A DNA stretch of 24,000 nucleotides, taken from positions 6,034 through 30,033 of the forward strand of contig DPEO01000045.1 in assembly GCA_003530935.1 (NCBI GenBank), read 5' to 3'. Positions 1 through 7,384 of this stretch are shown here, piece by piece. Source of the stretch: Desulfomicrobiaceae bacterium. Its GTDB lineage: Bacteria > Desulfobacterota > Desulfovibrionia > Desulfovibrionales > Desulfomicrobiaceae. The translations under genes and the position numbers were made by a program. Under the pieces are notes generated by a model, which saw only the letters and a list, made by a program, of their open reading frames with translations, made no database searches and had not been told where the DNA came from. How positions within the stretch are numbered: the first letter of the stretch is position 1; each line of letters starts with the position of its first letter.

Positions 1-923
1 ATCCACGCCCGCACCAAGGATGGGCCTGCGCCGCCCAGCCATAGATAGGCCGCACTCCACGGAAGCCCGAAGGCCACGGCCAGCTGCGGCCGAGGCAAAT
101 ACACCGCCAACCTTGGCCATAGGCGGATGGCCAAACTGGCAAGCCCCAAGCCCATACCCAAAACCACGCCCACATGCAGCCCCGAAAGGGCAAGACTATG
201 GGCCAACCCGGCCCGGCGCACCCGGTCCATGAGTAAAGGCGGCACGAAAAAACGCTCTCCACCCACCACGGCAAGCAACATGCCGCGGGCCTTCTCAGGG
301 CAAAGGGCGGAAAAACGCTCCAAGACCCGAAGGCGCAGGCTTCCCGGACCCCGCACCCAATGTACCGGAACCGCGCCTTGGCTGTAGGCCCGAAACCCCA
401 CGCCGCGCCGCAACCACCGCTCCTCCGCCCGGGGAAGGCCAAAATTGGCCCGGCCCCAAAGCGGCCGCAGGCGCAACCGGGCTGCAAACACCGACCCCGG
501 GGCCACTAAATGCGGCGGATTGTCCCAGCTCCAGACCAGATTCGCCCCCAGAGGTCGAGGGCTTCCGTCTGCCCCCAGGGTCTCCACGTCGCCCACTACC
601 AGCAGCATGCGCTCTCCGGGATAGCTTTGCGCGGAAAGGACGGTCCCCCGCACCGACATCGTGCGCGGCCACGAGGGGTCATGGGCATCCACGCAGGCGG
701 GCGCAATGGGAAGCGTCCTCAGGGAAAGGAGAATGCCCAGGACGAGCCCCGCCGCCACATGAACGCGCCGTGGGGTGAGCACGAAGAGCACGACGGCGCA
801 GGCCAGACTCGGCGCCGCCGCGTGCGGGACAAAAACCCCCACCACCCCGGCGAGCACCACCCATTGCCAGGGGAGAAGCGGGAGTAAAAAGGAAGCAAAA
901 TCCGGCTTTTTCCACTGTACCAT
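1..923 (-). CDS. comEC: ComEC/Rec2 competence membrane protein, N-terminal part (gene continues beyond the left edge)
   Basis: Absent from the ORF track because it has no in-window stop. My hand translation of the minus strand from ATG 923 (GGGAGG 7 nt upstream) stays open to position 1. It reads MVQWKKPDFASFLLPLLPWQWVVLAGVVGVF...RVRRAGLAHSLALSGLHVGVVLGMGLGLASLAI. The GLAH-LA-SGLHVG block is the signature of the ComEC Competence domain, preceded by N-terminal TM helices. Confidence 0.8.
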   Translation of the reverse strand, partial: MVQWKKPDFASFLLPLLPWQWVVLAGVVGVFVPHAAAPSLACAVVLFVLTPRRVHVAAGLVLGILLSLRTLPIAPACVDAHDPSWPRTMSVRGTVLSAQSYPGERMLLVVGDVETLGADGSPRPLGANLVWSWDNPPHLVAPGSVFAARLRLRPLWGRANFGLPRAEERWLRRGVGFRAYSQGAVPVHWVRGPGSLRLRVLERFSALCPEKARGMLLAVVGGERFFVPPLLMDRVRRAGLAHSLALSGLHVGVVLGMGLGLASLAIRLWPRLAVYLPRPQLAVAFGLPWSAAYLWLGGAGPSLVRAW

Positions 924-984
924 CCATTGCCTCCCGGCCGCTGCTCGGTTAGGAGTTGGCCTATCTTTGCCCCAAGGAGGTCCC

Positions 985-1374
985 ATGGATTCCTACTCCG
1001 TACTCTTGGTGGACGACGAGCCGGATTTTTTGCGCACCATCGTCAAGCGCCTCACCAAACGCGGTATCCAGGCCACGAGCGCCACCAATGGTGAAGAGGC
1101 CCTCGCCATGCTTGCCCAAGAGCCCCGGGACGTGGTGGTCTTGGACGTGAAGATGCCGGGCATGGATGGGCTGAACGTCCTTCGCCGCATCAAGGCCGCC
1201 TGGCCAGACACAGAAGTCATCATGCTCACCGGGCATGCCAGCATCGAAACCGCCATGGAAGGAATGGCCAGCGGCGCCATGGACTATCTCATGAAACCCG
1301 CGGACCTGGAAGATCTTATCGACAAGCTCGAAGACGCGGTGCGAAAAAAACGCCTGCGCAGCCATCGGCCATGA
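985..1374 (+). CDS. Stand-alone CheY-like response regulator (receiver domain only)
   Basis: ORF 775..1374 trimmed to ATG 985, which follows AAGGAGG at 974-980. MDSYSVLLVDDEPDF...VVVLDVKMPGMDG...IMLTGH...DYLMKP contains the acidic pair, the phospho-acceptor Asp and the conserved T and K positions. The protein ends after the receiver domain, with no output domain. Confidence 0.9.
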   Translation: MDSYSVLLVDDEPDFLRTIVKRLTKRGIQATSATNGEEALAMLAQEPRDVVVLDVKMPGMDGLNVLRRIKAAWPDTEVIMLTGHASIETAMEGMASGAMDYLMKPADLEDLIDKLEDAVRKKRLRSHRP

Positions 1375-4300
1375 GCCTCTTCTTCGACCCCCAAGACCAC
1401 GCCCTCCTGGAACTGGTGGAGGACGTCCTCTCCCGAGCGAGCCGACCACGGAGCCTCTCCTCCCTCATGGCGCCAGCCCTGCATCCCCACGGCATCAAAG
1501 AGCTGGCCGCGCCCCGGGGACTGCGCATCGCCTACGCCGTGGCCAGCCTCTTGGGGTCCCTTGCCGGAGACAAGGCGCCGGAGCGTCTGGCGGCCCTCAC
1601 CATGCTCCGTGATGAAGTGCTCCTCACCGCGGACGTGCGCCTGCCCCGCAATACCGCCCGGGTGCTCATGCAGATCATGAAAGATCTCATCCGCCACCGG
1701 GGCGATACCGCCACCCAATTGCGTCTTGCCCATGCCTTCCGGGCCGTGTCCACCGGTCGTCCTCGGGAAGTGCAGCGGGCCCTTGCCCGCTACCATCTCC
1801 TCGAGATGCCCGAAGACTGGAATCAAGTCGCCTTCGACGACCACGTGCACGACGCCAACACCAAAGGCCGCAAAACGCCGACGCACCTGGTCATGGACGC
1901 GTGGATCAAGGGAATCCGCCACCTCACGGTAGTGTATTACAATTTCGTGGCCCCAGAAGTGGCTGAAGAGCTCCTGCAGGCCGCCGCCATTTTGGGCATG
2001 ACGGTACGCATCGGCATCGAGGTCCGCGCCCGCTTCCGCGATCTCTACGCCCGCTTCACCTGGGAGCCCTTCCAATCGCCGGATCCCGAATCCTTCCGTC
2101 GTTTTCTCGCCGCCCCCGCCGTGCAGTCCTTCATGGAAGCCGGCCGCCAGGTCTCCCTCTACCACCAGCGCTACGTGTTTGGCGCCCTCGATGCGTACAA
2201 CACCACGCATCGCAAAGCCATCGGCGAAGTCATCGGCCTGACCCCTCCCGCCATATCCCAGGAGCACTTTCTCCAATTCGTCGGCGAAGGGCAGCCGTCG
2301 CTGCTGCACCTGGCCCGCTGCATCGAAATCAGCCTGTATGAAGCTGCGGCCGCGCAGCCGTCTGCCCAGAGACATGCCCGTGTCCCCTTGGAAGAGGTAG
2401 ATCCCGAATATCTCATCCATCATTATCTCCAGCCCTGCCGCAATCCGCACCTCCACGATCCCACGCAACCGTCCGACGACCCGGAAGTACCGGAGCTCTT
2501 GCAGCGCTCCCCCAAAGAACTCTTGGAGAACCTCGCCGAGCTCCAACCTGCATCGCGCTTTGTCCTCAACCCAAGCAACCTGTCGGTCGCCGACGTGCTG
2601 GAGATCATCGCCCAATGCGAAGGGCTGGTCACGGACATGGAAATCTACAGCCTCAAGACTCTGGCCGGCGGACGGCCGGTGGACGAGTCCTGCGCCGAGG
2701 CCGTGGACATCACCAGTCCGCAGCGCGTCTCTCAGCGCTTGGCGGAACTCCAGCAGGCCCTGGGGGACGAACACATCATCGCGCTCAAGCGGGTGGTGCG
2801 CGGCATCGTCTGGGACTATCATCAGGAGCGTGAAGCCGCTTCCCGACGCGTTTCCCAGGCAGATACCGACGCCGAGCGCAAAACGCTCGAGGCCGAGCTC
2901 GCGGCCATGACCAGGCGCTGTGAGGACTTGCTTGCGATTTTGGAGCATCTGCCCGCCCTCCATCAGGCATACGCCGGCCGCCCCATGGGCGTGCGCATAG
3001 GCAGCAGTTCCACCGGACAATCACGACGCTTCTACGGCATGGGGTTGGCGGTGGCCGAAACCTTGCCCGCGCGCGCCCAAGCCGCCATCCATGACCCCCG
3101 AAATCCCCAGCGGCTCCGGCTTCCTTTGCGGGCCCACCTGGTGCGCCACCTGCGCCAGCCCGTGGGATACGGCAAGCTTTCCTGGGCAGCGCGTCTTTTG
3201 GGACTGCTTCCGCCGCCGTCCCTTTCGTGGGAGGTGGAACGCTTGGCGTGGAGCGACACCCCCGGCAACGTGGTGACCTTGGGCGGCCTGGGGGGCGGCA
3301 GAGAGCCCGAAGTCCCCATGCAGGGGCGTTGGGATTCCTTGAATTCCCACCTGAAAAACATCCTCAAGGTATGCATCGGCTTTATCCCCGCTTTCTTCAC
3401 CTTTGCCCTTACCAAGGACTGGTGGGTGCTCGCCTACGGCGGCGCATTCATCTGGTTTGCCATCACCGGGGTGCGCAACGTGGTACAGACCGTACTCGGC
3501 GGCGGCGGACTCAAGCGCCCAAGCGAACTGCCCTGGCGATCGCTCATCAGCGCCAACCGCATTGCAGACTCCCTGCTCTTTACCGGTTTTTCCGTGCCGC
3601 TCCTCGATTACCTCGTCAAAACCCTGCTGCTCCACCATGGTCTGGGCATCACGGTGGCCAGCCACCCCATACTCCTCTATGCCATCATGGCCGCGGCCAA
3701 CGGGCTGTATATCTTTTCCCACAATCTGTGGCGGGGCCTGCCCCGATCTGCAGCCATAGGCAACCTCTTCCGTTCCATTCTCTCCATCCCTGTGGCGCTC
3801 CTGTACAATAGTATCGCGGAAGGCGTCCTCCTCGCTACAGGCACCGCCGACCCCGACACCATCCTCCAGGCCGCAGCCGCCATCCTCTCCAAGCTCGCCT
3901 CCGACACCGTCGCCGGTGGCATCGAGGGGCTGGCCGACCGCAACGCCAACATCGCCATGCGCCTGCGGGACTACCGCACCAAGTTCACCATGCTCTTCAA
4001 TACCTTCGCCCGACTGGACGCCCTCTTTCCCGAAGAAGACGTGCTCGAGATGCTCCAAACGCCCAAGGCAGTCCTCGACACGCTCAATCTCGAGGCGCAG
4101 GAACTCGAGCAGGCGCTCATCGTCAACGCCTTGGACCTCATGTACTTCTGGTACTACCAGCCCCGGGCGAGAAGCGCCTTGCGGCAGATGGCGCGCACCA
4201 TGACGCAGGAAGAGTGGCTGATCTTCTTCCGTTCCCAATTGGTACTCAAACGGTTTCGGGAAATCAGCCGTATGCTCGTGGACGGCCTGGTGGGGAAGAA

Positions 4301-4412
4301 TTTTTCCAAAGCCCTGGCCTTTTATCTGGACCGGTATGAATCTTACCTGCGGGACATGGAACGACTCGGCGCGTGGCGCCGCCTGCATGCTCCGGCACGG
4401 GACAGCGCATAG
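1371..4412 (+). CDS. Large (1013 aa) polytopic membrane protein of unknown function
   Basis: Uninterrupted 1013-codon ORF. Its ATG at 1371 overlaps the upstream stop (ATGA). A cluster of about five hydrophobic helices is encoded at about 3360-3840 (ILKVCIGFIPAFFTFALT, WWVLAYGGAFIWFAITGV, IADSLLFTGFSVPLLDYLV, HPILLYAIMAAANGLYIF, IGNLFRSILSIPVALLYNSI). It is flanked by a soluble N-terminal region of about 650 aa and a helical C-terminal tail of about 170 aa. I can assign no motif to a named family. Confidence 0.85.
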   Translation: MSLFFDPQDHALLELVEDVLSRASRPRSLSSLMAPALHPHGIKELAAPRGLRIAYAVASLLGSLAGDKAPERLAALTMLRDEVLLTADVRLPRNTARVLMQIMKDLIRHRGDTATQLRLAHAFRAVSTGRPREVQRALARYHLLEMPEDWNQVAFDDHVHDANTKGRKTPTHLVMDAWIKGIRHLTVVYYNFVAPEVAEELLQAAAILGMTVRIGIEVRARFRDLYARFTWEPFQSPDPESFRRFLAAPAVQSFMEAGRQVSLYHQRYVFGALDAYNTTHRKAIGEVIGLTPPAISQEHFLQFVGEGQPSLLHLARCIEISLYEAAAAQPSAQRHARVPLEEVDPEYLIHHYLQPCRNPHLHDPTQPSDDPEVPELLQRSPKELLENLAELQPASRFVLNPSNLSVADVLEIIAQCEGLVTDMEIYSLKTLAGGRPVDESCAEAVDITSPQRVSQRLAELQQALGDEHIIALKRVVRGIVWDYHQEREAASRRVSQADTDAERKTLEAELAAMTRRCEDLLAILEHLPALHQAYAGRPMGVRIGSSSTGQSRRFYGMGLAVAETLPARAQAAIHDPRNPQRLRLPLRAHLVRHLRQPVGYGKLSWAARLLGLLPPPSLSWEVERLAWSDTPGNVVTLGGLGGGREPEVPMQGRWDSLNSHLKNILKVCIGFIPAFFTFALTKDWWVLAYGGAFIWFAITGVRNVVQTVLGGGGLKRPSELPWRSLISANRIADSLLFTGFSVPLLDYLVKTLLLHHGLGITVASHPILLYAIMAAANGLYIFSHNLWRGLPRSAAIGNLFRSILSIPVALLYNSIAEGVLLATGTADPDTILQAAAAILSKLASDTVAGGIEGLADRNANIAMRLRDYRTKFTMLFNTFARLDALFPEEDVLEMLQTPKAVLDTLNLEAQELEQALIVNALDLMYFWYYQPRARSALRQMARTMTQEEWLIFFRSQLVLKRFREISRMLVDGLVGKNFSKALAFYLDRYESYLRDMERLGAWRRLHAPARDSA

Positions 4413-4420
4413 GAGCTGCC

Positions 4421-7072
4421 ATGGGCATTATACGCGCCATCCAAAGCCTTCTTAGCCGGACCCCACCGCCTTTGCCTGCGGCCGACGCCGAGGATCAGGA
4501 AGCCATCTTCCGGGCTCGCTACGAAAACTTCCAGCGCCTGCTTGCCGCCAACAACGCCAGTCTCGACCTCATGGCCGCCCTGGAGGCCGCCCTGCACGGC
4601 GAGCGCCATTTCGGCATGTATTTTCTGCGCTCCACGGTGACGGCCCTACTCACCAAGGTCTACAGCATGGTGGAGCGCCTGCGCGCCCTGGCCCCAGAAC
4701 GCTACCCCGACCTCCCACCCGCCTTCCACGCCGTTGCCGAAGAGATCCGCACCCGCTTGGCCCCCCGGAAGGTGGTGGGCACTTCGGCCTTGGTCCTTGA
4801 TCTCCACGAACTTTCCGCCGCCATGGCCGACGACGTAGGCGCCAAGATGGCCCACTTGGGAGAACTTCGGCGTCTCAGCATCCCGGTGCCCGACGGCTTT
4901 GCCATTACCGCTGCGGCCTGCCAGACGTTTTTCCGGCATAACGGCCTGGGCGAAGAAATCGCCTGCATGGTCCAGTCCCACGCCATGGGTGGCGCCCTCT
5001 TTGACGTGGAAGCCACCAGCAAGACACCGGCATTCTCCATTTTGGACATCTGCACGCGCATCCAGGCCAAAATCCTCGACGCGCCGGTTCCGGAAGAAGT
5101 CCAGCAGGCCATCTTCGATGGATACGCCCGCCTCAAGGCGCGGCTGGGATACGCCCCACGCGTGGCCCTGCGTTCCAGCGCTGTGGGCGAAGACGCCGCC
5201 GGAGCCAGCTTCGCAGGTCAGCACCGCTCGCTCTTGAACTTGACGGAAGAAAGCCTCCTGGACGCCTACAAAGAAATCCTCGCCAGCAAGTATTCACCCC
5301 ATGCCACGGTATACCGACATCGTAAGGGGATCCGCGAAGACGAGGTCTTCATGGCCGTGGGCTGTCTCGTCATGGTGGACGCTGCGGCCGGCGGCGTGGC
5401 CTATTCTCGCAGCCCGGTGGATCCCCACAACACCCACGTGCACATCACCGCGGCCCTGGGTGCCGCCAAGGGCGTCGTGGACGGCAGTGCGCCCACGGAT
5501 CAGTACCAGGTGACGCGGGAAGACCCGCCTCGTCTTGCGGTCAGGGACATCGCGGAAAAATCCTGGCGCATCGTCCAAGCAGCCACCGAAGGCGTGCGCA
5601 GAGAGGCGGTGGAGGAAAGCGCCCGCACCCGCCCCTGCCTTACCGACTCGCAAGCCATAGAACTCGCCCGCATGGTGCTTTTCCTGGAGGACCATTACGG
5701 CACGGCCCAAGATGTGGAATGGGTGCTCACCCCCACCAACGAACTTGTCGTCCTCCAGGCCCGTCCCTTGGAAATCCGGGCCGAGGCGACGCAACCCGAT
5801 ACCGTGTCGCCAGCAGCCATCACGACTCCTGCGCGCATCTGCGGCGGCCAGACCGTAAGTCCCGGAGCGGGATGCGGTCCGGTGCACATCCTCCGCAACA
5901 ACGTGGACATGCTCACCGTCCCCCAGGGCGCCGTACTGGTGTGTGCGGACGCGCTGCCCAAATGGGCGGCCGTACTCCCCCAGGCCAGCGCCGTGGTGAG
6001 CGAGCGCGGCAGCACCGCCGGGCACCTGGGCACCGTGGCACGGGAGTTCCGCATCCCGGCCCTCTTTGGCGTCCCGGAAGCGACGGCCTTACTCGCCCCA
6101 GGGGAAATCGTGACGGTCGATGCCTCCACCACCTGCATCTACCCAGGCCGTGTGGAAGCCCTGCTTGCCCAAAAACCCGCCCCGCCGCCTCTGGCAGGCT
6201 CTCCCGTGTACCAAACCCTAGAGCGACTGGCCGAGGTCATTTTGCCCCTCACCCTCACCGACCCGGACAGCCCGCGGTTTCGGGCCAAGAACTGCACCAC
6301 CCTCCACGATATCACCCGTTTTTGTCACGAAAAGGCCGTTACCGAGATGTTCGCCTTTGGTCGGGATCATCCCTTTTCGCCGCGGGCAAGCAAACAGCTC
6401 AAAACCGTGGTCCCCATGCAGTGGTGGGTGCTCAACCTCGATGACGGCTTTACCCGAGAGGTCACAGGACGTTATGTGGATCTGGCCTCCATCGCCAGCA
6501 TCCCCATGCTTGCCCTATGGCGGGGAATCGTGGCCTTTCCCTGGGAAGGGCCACCGAGCCTCGATGGCCGCGGCTTCATGTCCGTCCTTTTCCAAAGCGC
6601 CACCAACCCCAACCTGGAGCCCGGGGCCGCCTCCCAATACGCCACCAAGAACTATTTCGTCATCGCCCGGCATTTTTGCTCCATGCAATGCCGCTTCGGC
6701 TACCACTTCACGTCCGTGGAGACCATGGCCGGCCCCCGGCCGCGGGAAAACTACATCCGCTTCCAATTCAAAGGCGGGGCTGCCGACGAAACCCGCCGCG
6801 CCCGCCGCGCCCGGCTGGTGGCAGAACTCCTCGACGCCTTCCACTTCCAAACCCAGGTGCGCGGCGACAATCTCGCGGCGCGCATGGACGACTGCGAGGC
6901 GGCGTTCATCGAAAAGCATTTGGAACTGCTCGGACATCTCATCATGCACACCCGACAGTTGGACATGATCATGGCCCAAGAAGACCTGGTCGCGGCCTAC
7001 CGCGAGCGACTTCTTGCGCAAATGCGCTGGCTCTACGAACAGCCTTTGCCCACCCCTGTTTCCAGCGCCTAA
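4421..7072 (+). CDS. PEP-synthase/pyruvate-phosphate-dikinase-like enzyme: ATP-grasp (PPDK_N-type) plus swivelling phospho-His domain, with a non-canonical C-terminal domain
   Basis: ORF 4373..7072 trimmed to ATG 4421. The AGGAG at 4411-4415 overlaps the upstream TAG stop. VGAKMAHLGELRR..IPVPDGFAITAAAC...ALRSSAVGEDAAGASFAGQHRS...AQDVEWVL...LVVLQARPL matches the PEP/pyruvate-binding ATP-grasp domain. VSERGSTAGHLGTVAREFRIPALFGV matches the mobile His domain (His codon 6023-6025). The last 290 aa or so (NYIRFQFKGGAADETRRARR...) do not resemble the PEP-utilising TIM barrel. Confidence 0.88.
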   Translation: MGIIRAIQSLLSRTPPPLPAADAEDQEAIFRARYENFQRLLAANNASLDLMAALEAALHGERHFGMYFLRSTVTALLTKVYSMVERLRALAPERYPDLPPAFHAVAEEIRTRLAPRKVVGTSALVLDLHELSAAMADDVGAKMAHLGELRRLSIPVPDGFAITAAACQTFFRHNGLGEEIACMVQSHAMGGALFDVEATSKTPAFSILDICTRIQAKILDAPVPEEVQQAIFDGYARLKARLGYAPRVALRSSAVGEDAAGASFAGQHRSLLNLTEESLLDAYKEILASKYSPHATVYRHRKGIREDEVFMAVGCLVMVDAAAGGVAYSRSPVDPHNTHVHITAALGAAKGVVDGSAPTDQYQVTREDPPRLAVRDIAEKSWRIVQAATEGVRREAVEESARTRPCLTDSQAIELARMVLFLEDHYGTAQDVEWVLTPTNELVVLQARPLEIRAEATQPDTVSPAAITTPARICGGQTVSPGAGCGPVHILRNNVDMLTVPQGAVLVCADALPKWAAVLPQASAVVSERGSTAGHLGTVAREFRIPALFGVPEATALLAPGEIVTVDASTTCIYPGRVEALLAQKPAPPPLAGSPVYQTLERLAEVILPLTLTDPDSPRFRAKNCTTLHDITRFCHEKAVTEMFAFGRDHPFSPRASKQLKTVVPMQWWVLNLDDGFTREVTGRYVDLASIASIPMLALWRGIVAFPWEGPPSLDGRGFMSVLFQSATNPNLEPGAASQYATKNYFVIARHFCSMQCRFGYHFTSVETMAGPRPRENYIRFQFKGGAADETRRARRARLVAELLDAFHFQTQVRGDNLAARMDDCEAAFIEKHLELLGHLIMHTRQLDMIMAQEDLVAAYRERLLAQMRWLYEQPLPTPVSSA

Positions 7073-7108
7073 CCCGAAAAACCACCGCACCACACTTGGA
7101 GAACCACC

Positions 7109-7294
7109 ATGCACGACGAACACCGTGACGCCCCCCGACAAATCCTGTTGCGCGGGGTCCTCGTAGGCGGCGCCCTGGGGATGATCGCCCGCTGGTTCGG
7201 CTATGAGCCGGCCAAGGCCTTTTTCCTGGCCGTCATCTGCGGACTTCTCGCCGCAGGGACCCGCATTGCGCTTTTGCGACGCCGGAAAAAATAA
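7109..7294 (+). CDS. Small (61 aa) two-helix membrane protein, hypothetical
   Basis: ATG 7109 is preceded by GGAGA at 7096-7100, 36 nt after the upstream stop. GC-rich third codon positions match neighbouring genes. There are two hydrophobic stretches (ILLRGVLVGGALGMIARWF and AFFLAVICGLLAAGTRIALL) and a basic RRRKK tail. No family was recognised. Confidence 0.5.
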   Translation: MHDEHRDAPRQILLRGVLVGGALGMIARWFGYEPAKAFFLAVICGLLAAGTRIALLRRRKK

Positions 7295-7384
7295 CCTTCC
7301 TTCCCCTCGGATTCACAAAAGACTTGTTTTTTCCGCCGGGTTGCGGCAACAGTGCGGGCATTCCGTACGCATCAGGAGGCGCCT

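Noticed and set aside
957-970. A sigma-54-like element, TTGGCCtatctTTGC, upstream of the response-regulator operon.
   Set aside because: The GG-to-GC spacing is one nt shorter than the strictly conserved -24/-12 spacing. It also sits only about 15 nt from the ATG, which would leave no room for the observed RBS in the transcript.
1284-3020. Very long antisense ORFs: 1284..3020 (578 aa), 3021..4388 (455 aa), 16194..17426 (410 aa), 20500..21753 (417 aa), 21242..23200 (652 aa) and 7724..8545.
   Set aside because: Each lies opposite a gene with clear family motifs and has a low-complexity Gly/Arg/Ala/His-rich composition. Some span several genes plus their intergenic gaps, for example across rpsF-rpsR-rplI. 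These are the stop-poor shadow frames expected in GC-rich DNA.
7316-7342. A sigma-28 (FliA)-like promoter, cAAA-N15-GCCGggtt, upstream of the chemoreceptor gene.
   Set aside because: Only the AAA and GCCG parts match TAAA-N15-GCCGATAA. The critical ATAA half of the -10 element is absent.
7340-7350. A perfect 11-bp palindrome, GTTGCGGCAAC, 35 nt upstream of the chemoreceptor start.
   Set aside because: Five-bp arms are expected by chance many times in 24 kb. It has no second copy in the window and there is no supporting context.
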